Origin: Bdellovibrionales bacterium
Lineage (GTDB): Bacteria > Bdellovibrionota > Bdellovibrionia > Bdellovibrionales > JAGQZY01
Direction: 5' to 3'
DNA length: 64,000 nucleotides
NCBI GenBank assembly: GCA_031426555.1
Contig: JANPLN010000064.1
Location: 24,931 to 88,930, forward strand
The notes below the pieces were generated by a model. The model did not search any database. It worked only from the letters and a program-made list of their open reading frames with translations, and was not told the DNA's origin. This document shows, piece after piece, positions 1 to 9,944 of the stretch. The position numbers were made by a program, and so were the translations under genes. Each line of letters opens with the position of its first letter. Positions within the stretch are counted from its first letter, which is position 1.

Positions 1-588
1 CACGCGACCCACGCGAGTGATTGTGCCTTCCGTGAGGTTGCCACTGAGGTCAAGAAAACTCCCAGGAAACGCCTCCACTTGCGTGGATGAGGCTAATAAA
101 TCCGCAGCTTGATCTATCACTTTATCAAAATGTTCAAACTTAAGGTCTTCCGGCGCTTCAGTCTCTGTGCCTTTTGCTTGCTGTTCAAAACGCAGTCCGC
201 GCTCAAACTCCTTCACCGACGCATTGGCTTTTTTGAAGGTGTTCTCTAAAGAGGAGCCTTTTTTTTGCAGATCTTTCTTGCGCTTATCAAGACTCAACAA
301 AAGTTCGTGATCTTCGTCGTTTCGCGAGGTTTGTGCCACCAGTTCCTTTTGCAAAGATTGCGTTTTTGCTTTGGCTGTTCCAATGCGCTCTTGGAAGTTT
401 TGCAACATGGTTGCTTTTTGTTTTTGTAACGCCTGTTTCTGAGACGTCATGTAAACATACTCCCGCTGGAACGATTTGTTTAAAGTGTCCTCCGCTGTTT
501 CAGGTGGGCGAACTTCGTCTGCGAAGGCCGAAAGTGCCAACGTCGAAAGTGCCAACAAAGTAAAAGTCATTAAAAGATACTTTTTCAT
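1..588 (-). CDS. Partial CDS (C-terminus beyond left edge): secreted coiled-coil region, possibly the periplasmic N-terminus of a large MotA/TolQ/ExbB-family protein
   Basis: Not in the ORF track because it runs off the window. Hand translation of the minus strand from ATG 588-586 gives MKKYLLMTFTLLALSTLALSAFADEVRPPE... (Sec signal, then Q/K/E-rich coiled coil), open to position 1. ATGA overlap with the stop of the upstream DUF3450-like gene. The family guess rests on the usual DUF3450 -> large ExbB-like gene order, not on visible TM motifs. Confidence 0.4.
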   Translation of the reverse strand, partial: MKKYLLMTFTLLALSTLALSAFADEVRPPETAEDTLNKSFQREYVYMTSQKQALQKQKATMLQNFQERIGTAKAKTQSLQKELVAQTSRNDEDHELLLSLDKRKKDLQKKGSSLENTFKKANASVKEFERGLRFEQQAKGTETEAPEDLKFEHFDKVIDQAADLLASSTQVEAFPGSFLDLSGNLTEGTITRVGRV

Positions 589-1343
589 AAACTGGCTCCC
601 AACTGGCGAGAATCAATGGGCAGCTGATAATAACCAGCCCCATTTTTGTTTTTTAGATTTTTCACAAGCGAAAGAATAGATGTTTGATCTTCGCTGGACT
701 CCACGTCTTTCCACTTCCAAACGCCCGCCTCTTTGACAGCTTTTAAAACATTTTTATCGGGAGTCACGACGAACAGACTTTGTAAGCCAAGGCGCGCCAC
801 TTCACATTTTCTAAGAGTTCCGTTCAAAGTGATATCCACAACCTTGTACTCATTGGACTGGGCAAGCTTCATTTCGTTTTCGACAAAACTCCAAAAGTCC
901 GCAAAAATAAACTCAAGAGGCTCTTGCGCTTTTTGCACACGGATTTTTAAATTTTTTATTTGCGCCTGGCGGGACTCTTGCAAAAATGGAATCGTCGCAG
1001 CCACCGACACCTCAAAGCGCTCGATCCAGGAAAGAATCTTTTTTTGCGATTGTGGATCTGTCTTGGCCTGAATTTTCACTCTCGACTCGAGACGCTTGGT
1101 TTTTTCGGCAAGCTGAAGTGCGCGCAACTGTTCCTTTTGCACTTGCGATTCAAGCTCTGTTTTACGCTGCGTCCATTGTTCGAGGTCCGCTTGTTTTTCT
1201 CTCTGCAAGGAATCGATCTCTTGGCTGAGTGTCTCAACCTCGGTGCGGGTTTGTGTGAGTCGTCCCACAAAGTCTTCCCACGTGGACGCATGGGCCGAGA
1301 GTGAGATGCCTATTAGAACTAAAAGAAATATGATTTTAAACAT
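585..1343 (-). CDS. DUF3450-like periplasmic coiled-coil protein of TonB-system clusters
   Basis: ORF track 585..1355 begins at a GTG. ATG at 1343 is preceded by GAGGAG and gives signal peptide MFKIIFLLVLIGISLSAHA. Long coiled coil (LSQEIDSLQREKQADLEQW...). Sits directly after exbB-exbD. Confidence 0.55.
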   Translation of the reverse strand: MFKIIFLLVLIGISLSAHASTWEDFVGRLTQTRTEVETLSQEIDSLQREKQADLEQWTQRKTELESQVQKEQLRALQLAEKTKRLESRVKIQAKTDPQSQKKILSWIERFEVSVAATIPFLQESRQAQIKNLKIRVQKAQEPLEFIFADFWSFVENEMKLAQSNEYKVVDITLNGTLRKCEVARLGLQSLFVVTPDKNVLKAVKEAGVWKWKDVESSEDQTSILSLVKNLKNKNGAGYYQLPIDSRQLGASL

Positions 1344-1351
1344 TGTACTCC

Positions 1352-1762
1352 TCACGGATTCACCGGTTTGTCTGTGGTCACAGCAAAATTCTTAACACCT
1401 GCGGATTTGACCCAGTCTAAAACTTTAATCACTTGCCCGTAGGGAAGATCGCGGTCGGCAATAACCACCGCTTGCACGTCGGGATTGCGTTCCACTTCTT
1501 CGCGGGTGAGGCGTTTTGTACCCTCTTCATCTGCGTCTTCGTTATTGATCTGAACCTGGCCGTCCGCCGTGATCGCAACGTTAAGAAGGCTTGGGGTGGT
1601 TTCGTCGCCCGAAGAAGCTTCTGGCAAATTGACGTCCACACTGGGCTTAATCAGGGCGGGCGCGGTCACCATAAAAATAATCAAGACCACTAAAATAATA
1701 TCGATCAACGGCACCATGTTGATTTCGCAAATTGTGTCTGATCCACCTGCTTTTGCGGCCAT
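1352..1762 (-). CDS. exbD: Biopolymer transport protein ExbD/TolR
   Basis: 136 aa. N-terminal TM with INMVPLIDIILVVLIIFMV and a periplasmic domain typical of ExbD/TolR. 1-nt gap after exbB. Confidence 0.85.
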   Translation of the reverse strand: MAAKAGGSDTICEINMVPLIDIILVVLIIFMVTAPALIKPSVDVNLPEASSGDETTPSLLNVAITADGQVQINNEDADEEGTKRLTREEVERNPDVQAVVIADRDLPYGQVIKVLDWVKSAGVKNFAVTTDKPVNP

Positions 1763-1763
1763 T

Positions 1764-2390
1764 TTAGAACCCCTTCATTTTTCCGTAAGCGATCATGATA
1801 TCTTTGCAGCTTTCAACACTGCCGATGATCGCTTTCACTTGTTTTTGAAAATAGTTAAAAGCCACGATGTTTGGAATGGCCACCAAGAGGCCTGCCGCTG
1901 TGGCAATCAAGGCCGCAGAAATTCCCGACATCACCGTTTGCTGACCGGCATTGGTGCTATTTGCCAGATCGTGAAACGACTTCATGATCCCCAACACAGT
2001 TCCAAACAATCCGATGTAGGGAGCGTTTGATCCTACCGTGGCCAAAAACGCCAACGACTGTTCAAGCTTTGGTTGTTGAAACTTGATAAAGGTATCAAAA
2101 GTTTCGGAAAGCCCTTTGAGACCATTTTGTTTGAGATGCTCGAACCCATAAGTCATCACACGCCCCTCAAGCGACGTAGGATCCAGCTTCACATCTTCGA
2201 GGTTGGAAATCTTAACCTGCGACATGGCCTCTTCAAGAATTTCTCGTTGCTGCGCGCTCTGTTTCGCGAGTTTATTGAGCTTCAGGTAGCGCTCTACAAT
2301 CAAACCAAGACTCACAAACGTCAAAGCTATCAATAGATACAAGACGCCTTGGTCGGCATAGTGGGCGATGGCAAAAATTCTATCCTTCAT
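1764..2390 (-). CDS. exbB: MotA/TolQ/ExbB proton-channel protein
   Basis: 208 aa. Contains SNAPYIGLFGTVLGIMKSF and LIATAAGLLVAIP, the ExbB/TolQ signature helices. Confidence 0.85.
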   Translation of the reverse strand: MKDRIFAIAHYADQGVLYLLIALTFVSLGLIVERYLKLNKLAKQSAQQREILEEAMSQVKISNLEDVKLDPTSLEGRVMTYGFEHLKQNGLKGLSETFDTFIKFQQPKLEQSLAFLATVGSNAPYIGLFGTVLGIMKSFHDLANSTNAGQQTVMSGISAALIATAAGLLVAIPNIVAFNYFQKQVKAIIGSVESCKDIMIAYGKMKGF

Positions 2391-3160
2391 GGGTTCTCCT
2401 GCTGCAAAACGGTTTGCAATCTTTGGATTAAAGCATTTATTTTTTTAATTTCGTCGTCGTCTTGGGAATTTTTCAAATGAGATTCTAGCAAAGCCATAGG
2501 AGTCTCATCGAGGGCGTTTGGTTGCGATGCTTTGGTTTTTGTAAGTCCAAAGACTTCATCTTTCCAACCAATCACTTCTTTAAGGATGAGCGGTGCTTTA
2601 TTCTTTTTGTTTGAAAAATCCAATTTTTTAATTAAAAACGTAAGCACGGTTTCACCCTGCTCGTTAAACAGATTTGGATCAGCACCTGCTTCGATGGCAG
2701 CCATCACATTCGGACTCGACGAAAGCGACGCGACCGCAGTCCACATTTCGGCTTGAATTTTAGGAAATTGGTTTTCATCGAGCAAAAATTGAATTTTTTT
2801 GTCGTTATTCTCAGAAGCATAATCAAAAGCCGTCTTTTGAGAGGTATCCACCAAAGTTCGATCGGCTCCACTTTGCAAAAGTTGATAAACAAAAAGAGCC
2901 TTCTTATTTCGCGCAGCTTCGATTAAAAAAGTGCGCTCCTCTTTCAAGCGAATATTTATATTCGTCAACAATGGAAGAGTGCTCGCGAACACCTTGTTAT
3001 CCCCGTTGACGATGGCGAGCAGCATCACTTCCTCCTGCGTGCCCGCTTTATCGCCCTGCTTCCCATTCCCCGTATTGGAAAACCCATAGCTTGAAGACTC
3101 GTGCTTTCCGCAAGCTGCAAGGGCCAGGCAAAATGCAAACATAAAAAAGACTTTGATCAA
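2387..3160 (-). CDS. Ankyrin-repeat lipoprotein
   Basis: TTG start giving MIKVFFMFAFCLALAAC|GK (lipobox LAAC). ANK-like repeats (LLQSGADRTLVDTSQKTAFDYA; AIEAGADPNLFNEQGETVLTFLI). 4-nt overlaps with the TBDR stop (TTGA) and the exbB start (ATGA). Confidence 0.6.
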   Translation of the reverse strand: MIKVFFMFAFCLALAACGKHESSSYGFSNTGNGKQGDKAGTQEEVMLLAIVNGDNKVFASTLPLLTNINIRLKEERTFLIEAARNKKALFVYQLLQSGADRTLVDTSQKTAFDYASENNDKKIQFLLDENQFPKIQAEMWTAVASLSSSPNVMAAIEAGADPNLFNEQGETVLTFLIKKLDFSNKKNKAPLILKEVIGWKDEVFGLTKTKASQPNALDETPMALLESHLKNSQDDDEIKKINALIQRLQTVLQQENP

Positions 3161-6100
3161 AAGACAGCCCCCATTACTACACCAAAGATTCGTCCTCGAC
3201 GAAGCGAGCGAACCATTTCGTCGCCTTGAGTGGATTCGACTTCAGGATTTAACAGGTTTCGAGCACGCAAGCTCATGGTCCAACGATCGCCAATGCGTTT
3301 GGTGGCAACGAAGTCCAATTGCTCAAAAGGCTGCTCGTAGGTGTCTGGGATACTGTTGGTACCAACTTCGGTAATGCGTTTGCCGATCACATTGTAAAGC
3401 AATGTTGTGGTCAATCCCCACTGGGGGCGATCGTACTGCAATTGCATGTTTATAACATAGGGCGACTGCCCCTGAAGTGGGCGCGAGCTCGAAGTCTGTG
3501 TGCCCTTGTTTTGGGCGCTAAGTTCAATCTCGGAATTGATGTAGGTAAGATTCGAGAGCACCGTCCATCGTCGGAGCGGTCGAGAAAAATGCCGTAGCCC
3601 AACCCGGCCCTCGAACTCCACTCCGTAATTTTGCGCGGCCTTCGCATTATCAAACGTTTGAATGCGATTCACGCCTGGCAGAAAGAGGATTTCGATGGGG
3701 TTTTCGAACTCTTTGTAAAAGAGGCCAACGGATGCGTACTCATCGGCGGTAAAGTAATATTCCCAGCGATGATCGATATTTTTTATCACTGTCCCTTTAA
3801 GATTGGCATTTCCTTGTACTATATTTCCCGTTTCATCGTCGATAAAACCCACTGTCGACATTTCGCGAAAGTCCGGCCGAGCTAGCGTCTCACTGTAAGT
3901 GATGCGTGCACGAATTTTTTCCGTGGGCTTCCAAACCACTCCATAGGATGGGAGAATGTCATTCATTTCGATGGTCGAAAAAGATGTGGCATTCACTCGA
4001 TCGAAATACTTAAAGGTATTGACGATCTGTTCAGAGCTTTCCCGGCGAACACCGGCAATGAACGTCCAAGAGCTTAACGGAGAAAAATCCACCATGGCAA
4101 ATTGGGCTTGGGTCTTTTGTGTTCCTACGTAGCTGTCCGCATCGTTAGTTAAGTTTTTAAGCGTTACTGTACCGTTTTTAATATTTTCGTCGCTGAGCAG
4201 TTTATCGGCAGAGCTTTTATCCGCTCCCGACGTATTGCCGCTTTCAAAATAAAAACGATTCACATCGGACGTTCGCTTTTTATCAACACCCAAGAAGCCC
4301 ATTTTAAATTTTAAAAAATCCTCACCCTCGCGTTGAATGGGGACAGTTAAATTTAAAGCGACTTCTTGGCTTTCGTCGAACAATTCGCTGTAAACACGTC
4401 GATTGCCCGACTGGTTATCGAGAAGTGTTTTAGTGTCATTGAGTTTTAGATACGCCAATTCCATGCGCCCTGGATTGTCGCGCTCGGCATCAGCCCAGCC
4501 TAAGCGCCAATCCAACTGAATTGGTGTTTCAGCAACCTTAAAAAGTTCGTGCTCGCCTTTAAAGTGACGCGTCCACAACTGGCGCTCGGTAAAATCCGCA
4601 GTCATGGATTCAACATCGGGGCTGCCGACAGTTGTTGTGTTGTCGATCTGAGTGAGCTTTGTGGTGTTTCTTAAAAGAAACGTGTTGGCGATCAGTCGAT
4701 GATTTTTACCAAGCTCTAATCCGAATTCGTAACTACCTGCCACACGAGTTTCAATTTCTGAATACTCAGAGCTGCGAACAGTATCTTCAACAAGCTTGTT
4801 TCCCGGGCCGACGTTGAAAGTTTTTGTGGTGCGCTCGAGTTGATCGGTGTTTTGCCCGTACATTAAGCTGCCCGAGGAGCCCAGTTTGTAACGACCCAAC
4901 TTCCAGCCGCTCCCCATGGAGAGAGCAAGGCCAGGAAGGGAAGGATTGCTATTGCGAGAAAAATCGTAGTTTTGTGGAAGACTCAGACCCATTTGCACAA
5001 GGTCTTGCTGTGAAACTCCACCATCAAAACCCACTGTATTGGGCTCTAGCTTTTTTCCCTGCGCCAAAGTACTTTGAATCACAGCGGGAAGTTTTCGATA
5101 GCCGTCATCAAAGCCCAACCAGTCTGTGCTACCTCCCTGATGTTCCAAACGATTGTTGACGTTTTCGTACGCCATACTCACGTTGCCGCGAAAAAAGAAT
5201 TTCTCGGGAAGACTGCGTGTTTTTAGCTGGATGATGCCCCCGCCGAATTCGCCCGGTAGATCTGGCGAATAACTTTTTTGCACTACGATGCTTTCCATGA
5301 TGGACGTGGGAAATAAATCCAAAGGAACAACTCGTCGAGCCGGTTCTGGGCTCGGTAACGAAAAGCCATTCATTTGCACGCCCGAATAGCGTTCACCCAG
5401 GCCGCGAACATAGACATACTTTCCACCGATGAGTGTGAGTCCTGTCACTCGCCGCAAAGATGCCGCAGCGTCGCTGTCTCCTGCGCGAGCCATTTGTTCG
5501 GCTCCTAAAACGTCCGTCACCGCAGAGCTCTGTTTACGAATCTCCACAAGAGCTGACAGACTGCCTTTGATTTTTGGCGCCAGCACAACCACTTCTTCCA
5601 ATTCATTTTGTTCGGCCTTCATTTCTAAACTTAACGGCTCCGTGTTTGCTGCAACCTCGATATCAGCCATGGTTTTGGTTTGATAGTTGGGATGAAAGAC
5701 GCTCATCGAGTAGCGACCTTCGGGGATCTGCGCCGTTAAGCGCCCTTCGGCATCGGTTTTAAAAACTTTATCGAGACCGGAAAATAACACCGTCGCGTCC
5801 ACAATGGGGCGCTGTTCGCGGCTGGCCACCTGGATCTTAAATTCTCTGGGAGTCTTCGTAACATCCGTTGCTTGTTGGGAAGCTTGTGGAGAATTTACTT
5901 CCGCTTGCGAGTCGCGGCTTTCTAATAAATTGACTGTGATTTGTACCTCTTCGTCGGCGACGACAGTTACATCAACATCTTGTCCACTGGGAACAATTTC
6001 TATTTTTTGCCGTTTTGCTGGAAGTGTAGCAGAGATAACGCCCGAAGAATCTGTGGTCAAAACACCGTTTAGTGTTTTCACAACAATACCTTCAGCAGGA

Positions 6101-6270
6101 AGCCCGTCTTTAAAAACGACGATAAGAACCTGACCTGTTTTTTCGTTTTTCTTTGAATTTTCAATTTTTAATTCTAATTCGTTACTAGCAGCAAATGCAG
6201 AAAAAGGGCCTGCGACGCAGGCCCCTAGTGTAACAACATTAACTAAGAAGAATACTTTGTTAAACAACAT
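3157..6270 (-). CDS. TonB-dependent outer-membrane receptor with N-terminal carboxypeptidase-regulatory-like domains
   Basis: 1037 aa with a signal peptide. Plug region RVTGLTLIGGKYVYVRGLGERYSGVQMNGFSLPSPEP...FPTSIMESIVVQKSYSPDLPGEFGGG. Long beta-barrel ending in a C-terminal aromatic residue (..GAVF). Confidence 0.85.
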   Translation of the reverse strand: MLFNKVFFLVNVVTLGACVAGPFSAFAASNELELKIENSKKNEKTGQVLIVVFKDGLPAEGIVVKTLNGVLTTDSSGVISATLPAKRQKIEIVPSGQDVDVTVVADEEVQITVNLLESRDSQAEVNSPQASQQATDVTKTPREFKIQVASREQRPIVDATVLFSGLDKVFKTDAEGRLTAQIPEGRYSMSVFHPNYQTKTMADIEVAANTEPLSLEMKAEQNELEEVVVLAPKIKGSLSALVEIRKQSSAVTDVLGAEQMARAGDSDAAASLRRVTGLTLIGGKYVYVRGLGERYSGVQMNGFSLPSPEPARRVVPLDLFPTSIMESIVVQKSYSPDLPGEFGGGIIQLKTRSLPEKFFFRGNVSMAYENVNNRLEHQGGSTDWLGFDDGYRKLPAVIQSTLAQGKKLEPNTVGFDGGVSQQDLVQMGLSLPQNYDFSRNSNPSLPGLALSMGSGWKLGRYKLGSSGSLMYGQNTDQLERTTKTFNVGPGNKLVEDTVRSSEYSEIETRVAGSYEFGLELGKNHRLIANTFLLRNTTKLTQIDNTTTVGSPDVESMTADFTERQLWTRHFKGEHELFKVAETPIQLDWRLGWADAERDNPGRMELAYLKLNDTKTLLDNQSGNRRVYSELFDESQEVALNLTVPIQREGEDFLKFKMGFLGVDKKRTSDVNRFYFESGNTSGADKSSADKLLSDENIKNGTVTLKNLTNDADSYVGTQKTQAQFAMVDFSPLSSWTFIAGVRRESSEQIVNTFKYFDRVNATSFSTIEMNDILPSYGVVWKPTEKIRARITYSETLARPDFREMSTVGFIDDETGNIVQGNANLKGTVIKNIDHRWEYYFTADEYASVGLFYKEFENPIEILFLPGVNRIQTFDNAKAAQNYGVEFEGRVGLRHFSRPLRRWTVLSNLTYINSEIELSAQNKGTQTSSSRPLQGQSPYVINMQLQYDRPQWGLTTTLLYNVIGKRITEVGTNSIPDTYEQPFEQLDFVATKRIGDRWTMSLRARNLLNPEVESTQGDEMVRSLRRGRIFGVVMGAVF

Positions 6271-6274
6271 CTAA

Positions 6275-7615
6275 TTATTTTACAATCCAACCTTCGGTCC
6301 AATCGTTTTCAACTGGGCTAAAAGCACCTACGTAATCAACACCATCAAATTCGAAATTCCCAGGAAGAACGTCTTCCGGAGGTGTCATCCCTGTATCGAG
6401 AGCTGCGCTGCCATCAGTAGGCATTGCTCCATCAAGAATCTTATCTGAGGCAAGCATCACAAAGTTATTGCGATTGGCTTCATTAAACCACTTCGTAATC
6501 GACCAAAGATCTTTCGCTGCATCTTCAAGAATGCTTACGTTATCGCACTGAAGAATTGAGTTTTGCATCACAAGACCTGTCTGTTGAACAGTTTCACCGT
6601 TAGCAACTCCACCATTTTTGAAAGTCTCTTCGTCATCGATATTGAAGCAATTTTGAAAGCTGCCGGTAACAATGGCGTTATAAATTTGAACGCCAGTTCC
6701 ACGACGAAGCATAATACCATTGAGAAGTTTTGCATTGCTGCCCTTGGCAACGATAGTCACGTTGCTCAACACTGGGTTGGAACGCGGGGATGCTGCATTG
6801 TTATCTTTAAAGTTATCAGCTTCGATTCCGTTTGGATCTTTTTCTGAAGCATTTTCAAGAACGATATAAATGTACTGAGCGGCGCCAGTCCAACCTTGAT
6901 CCCAGTCAAAACCATCATCATCGTTATCAATAGATACAACATACTTAAGATTTACAGTTCCACCGAAAAGCTCGATTCCATCATCGGCACCTTTGTACGC
7001 TTCGATATTTTCAACAACAGTTCCACGACCAACACCGTAGAAAGTAATGGCATTTAATTCGCTGTCTGTACCGAATGTGTACCCAGCGTACTCAACGCGC
7101 ATGTACTGAATGGAACCAGAACTGTCGTCATCATTGGATCCACCATATTTTGGCGCTTGATCAGAGGCGACGCCTTCGATGAAGCCTTCGCAAACAGCGG
7201 CGCTGCAATTATTAATACGAGCATTGCCTGTGATAACAACGCCACCCCAGTAGCCAGCTGCTGGATTCACACGCTCAAGAGCTGTAAAAACAACTGGTTT
7301 GTTTTGGGTACCGTTGACGAAAATTTTTGAATCGCGAGTGATTGTAATAAATGATTGCGGCGATCCGTAAACAACTGTGCCAGCCTCAAGAGTGAGAGTG
7401 GAAGTGTCTTTTTTATCGCCACCGATGCGAACATCGCCTTTTAGAACCCATGCCGTATCAGGTGTAAGTACTAGGTTTGTATTGAGGTAACTGCCCTCTA
7501 CAAAACAAATGGACTTACCGTCAACTTGGCCGGCTCCCTCAGTAGTACCTGCTGGGCAGGCATAAACATTCGCAAGACCTAAAAGGCTCGCTGTAACAAA
7601 ACTCATTAATTTCAT
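6275..7615 (-). CDS. Secreted protein, probable parallel beta-helix fold, first gene of the TBDR operon
   Basis: 446 aa. Signal peptide MKLMSFVTASLLGLANVYA. Repetitive G/N/V-rich turns (GGVVITGNARINNC, GADDGIELFGGTVNLKYVV, DDDGFDWDQGWTG). Function unknown. 4-nt gap to the TBDR start. Confidence 0.45.
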   Translation of the reverse strand: MKLMSFVTASLLGLANVYACPAGTTEGAGQVDGKSICFVEGSYLNTNLVLTPDTAWVLKGDVRIGGDKKDTSTLTLEAGTVVYGSPQSFITITRDSKIFVNGTQNKPVVFTALERVNPAAGYWGGVVITGNARINNCSAAVCEGFIEGVASDQAPKYGGSNDDDSSGSIQYMRVEYAGYTFGTDSELNAITFYGVGRGTVVENIEAYKGADDGIELFGGTVNLKYVVSIDNDDDGFDWDQGWTGAAQYIYIVLENASEKDPNGIEADNFKDNNAASPRSNPVLSNVTIVAKGSNAKLLNGIMLRRGTGVQIYNAIVTGSFQNCFNIDDEETFKNGGVANGETVQQTGLVMQNSILQCDNVSILEDAAKDLWSITKWFNEANRNNFVMLASDKILDGAMPTDGSAALDTGMTPPEDVLPGNFEFDGVDYVGAFSPVENDWTEGWIVK

Positions 7616-7743
7616 AGAAAAACTCCTCGTTTTGCCTATCAGCTTGCGCTTTCGGCGTTAAGTGGTTCCCTTTTGGGATTTGAGCGGCACTTATCTCTGG
7701 GTCTCCCGTAGAAGTAAAATGAAGAAGCTGTTAGGAAAAATTA

Positions 7744-7772
7744 TTAACAAAAAACTATTTGACTCGTATAGT
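7744..7772 (+). promoter_or_regulatory. Candidate sigma70-type promoter for the porin gene
   Basis: TTAACA (7744-7749), 17-nt spacer, TATAGT (7767-7772). If real, the ORF-track start at 7759 is upstream of the transcription start. Confidence 0.3.
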
Positions 7773-9048
7773 TAATTACATGGTATTCAAGAGCTTTGTT
7801 GGTTTTGTGTCAGTTTTGAGTCAGGGAATTATTGTGAGAGTTTCGACAAACAAAAGATGCTTATTTTTTATCCTTATATTGGTTTCCGCGCGCGCTCGTT
7901 CGGAGGCACTTGTTTTGCCAACGATGGATTATGGAAGTGAAGGCTTCGTTGTAAAACACGAACCAAGTCATTTTACAATGGCAACCCGTTTTCGCATTCA
8001 AACCCGCGCGACCTATGAAGACTACGACACAGAAAGTACCACCCAGGATGTTACAGACTTGCAAGTGCGACGCATGCGACTGCGTTTTGATGGTTCCGCT
8101 TTAGATCCACGTTTTATTTATAAGATCCAACTGTCCTTTACCCGCGGTGATATGGATTACGATAATACCGACTACCCGAATGTTCTTCGCGATGCCGCCG
8201 TTGGCTGGAAACTTTTTGACGAAGACAGTTTTAAAAGTACCTTGTGGTTTGGACAAACAAAACTCCCCGGTAACCGCCAGCGGGTCGTTTCCTCTGGGGA
8301 CCAAGAACTCGTGGATCGCTCACTCCTCAACGCCACTTTCAACATTGATCGGGATATGGGAGTTCAATGGTATAACAAACTTGGCGAAGCAAGACCCTTC
8401 TGGCTCAAATTTGCAATGAGTAACGGCGAAGGCCGCGCCAATAACAACAGCAATACAGGCTTAGCGTACACGGCCCGCGCTGAGTGGCTGCCCCTGGGCG
8501 CCTTCACCGACGGCGGAGACTACTTCGAAGGCGATCTGGCCCGTGAACGGTCGGCCAAACTTTCATTGGGAGTCAGCTATCAATCCAATCGCAAAACCAA
8601 TCGTGTTGGCGGCCAAACTGGAAAAACCTTTGTGCCTGGTGTAACCACAGACATAGAAACATTGCTGGCTGATTTTTTACTGAAATACAATGGTTGGGCT
8701 TTCAGCGCCGAATACGCCAACCGTCAAACGGATAATCCTTTGATTACGCTCTCCTCTGGACCCGATGCCGTGTTCAAAGGCTCGGGGTACAACGCTCAAC
8801 TCAGTTATGTTTTCACCAAAAAGTGGTCGCCCGTCGTGCGCTACACTCACGTTCGACCCCACGACGCGATTTTGAACTTCGAAAACGAAAAGACCCAATA
8901 TACCTTAGGGCTCACCAAATACCTCAACCATCACAAAATAAAAATCATGGGCGACATTACTTTCGAAGACGAAAAAGAACGAACGTCCACGGCCAGCGCC
9001 AACATGAACAACTGGATCGCGCGTTTGCAATTGGAATTTGGTATCTAA
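7759..9048 (+). CDS. Phosphate-selective porin O/P family outer-membrane porin
   Basis: Motifs RFRIQTRATYE, VRRMRLRFDG, LWFGQTKLPGNRQRVVSSG, DRSLLN. C-terminal LQLEFGI. True start probably internal: GTG at 7834 gives (M)RVSTNKRCLFFILILVSARARSEA, a signal peptide. Confidence 0.7.
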   Translation: MTRIVNYMVFKSFVGFVSVLSQGIIVRVSTNKRCLFFILILVSARARSEALVLPTMDYGSEGFVVKHEPSHFTMATRFRIQTRATYEDYDTESTTQDVTDLQVRRMRLRFDGSALDPRFIYKIQLSFTRGDMDYDNTDYPNVLRDAAVGWKLFDEDSFKSTLWFGQTKLPGNRQRVVSSGDQELVDRSLLNATFNIDRDMGVQWYNKLGEARPFWLKFAMSNGEGRANNNSNTGLAYTARAEWLPLGAFTDGGDYFEGDLARERSAKLSLGVSYQSNRKTNRVGGQTGKTFVPGVTTDIETLLADFLLKYNGWAFSAEYANRQTDNPLITLSSGPDAVFKGSGYNAQLSYVFTKKWSPVVRYTHVRPHDAILNFENEKTQYTLGLTKYLNHHKIKIMGDITFEDEKERTSTASANMNNWIARLQLEFGI

Positions 9049-9944
9049 AGCCACTCAAGAATAAATTTTTTAGCTTTGGCAAGGCTGTCCACATGGAACC
9101 ATTTGATGGCTTCATCTTTTTTAAACCAGGTGAGCTGCTTTTTAATCAGCTGCATATGGGATGTGACAATGCACGGGAGAAGTTCGTCTTTGGAAATTTG
9201 CTGATCGAGATACAGTCCCACTTCTTTATACCCGACACTACTCAATGGTGCCCAGTCCGAGTACTTCTGGCGGAGCGCCTGAACTTCCTCTACAAAGCCT
9301 TCTTCCAGCATGACTTTTGCCCGTTGCTCCACTCGAGCTCGCAAGATTTCTTTCTCGGCAAATAAACCCACCTTGATTTTTTTAAATCCGGCAATGGGAC
9401 TGGGAGTGAGATTTTGTTCGAGCTCATCTGGATTTTTTTGCGACAGCATCATCATTTCGAGCGCTCGGCGTATTCGGTAGTGATCATTCAGGTGAATCGT
9501 TCGCTGCAGCTGCGGCGATTTTTCGATAAGCCATTGATGAATGTTTACCCAGCCCTCAGTGGCAATCCGTTGATCTATTTGCTGCGTAATTTGTGCGGTC
9601 GCTTTTGCGACAGGGTACATTCCCTTTTCGAGTGCTTGTAGGTAAAAGCCGCTTCCCCCGCAAAACAACAAACGCTCGAAGTCGTTTTTCTGCAACAAGC
9701 CTTGTACGGCGTTAACATAAACTGCAGCCGTAATCTGCTGACCTTTTTCCACAAAGCTATATAAAAAATGATCCGCCAATTTAAAATCTTGCGACGAAGG
9801 AAGTGCAGCTCCTATTTTCAGCCCTTTGCACATTTGAATACTATCCACATTCAAAATAGGAAGTTGATTGGCCACAGCACATTCTAATGCCAATCGCGAT
9901 TTTCCCGAAGCTGTTGGGCCAACGATCAATACCGCTTTCTTCAC
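9045..9944 (-). CDS. miaA: tRNA dimethylallyltransferase
   Basis: P-loop MKKAVLIVGPTASGKSRLAL and full-length MiaA-like sequence. 4-nt overlap with mutL, the classic mutL-miaA order. Confidence 0.9.
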   Translation of the reverse strand: MKKAVLIVGPTASGKSRLALECAVANQLPILNVDSIQMCKGLKIGAALPSSQDFKLADHFLYSFVEKGQQITAAVYVNAVQGLLQKNDFERLLFCGGSGFYLQALEKGMYPVAKATAQITQQIDQRIATEGWVNIHQWLIEKSPQLQRTIHLNDHYRIRRALEMMMLSQKNPDELEQNLTPSPIAGFKKIKVGLFAEKEILRARVEQRAKVMLEEGFVEEVQALRQKYSDWAPLSSVGYKEVGLYLDQQISKDELLPCIVTSHMQLIKKQLTWFKKDEAIKWFHVDSLAKAKKFILEWL

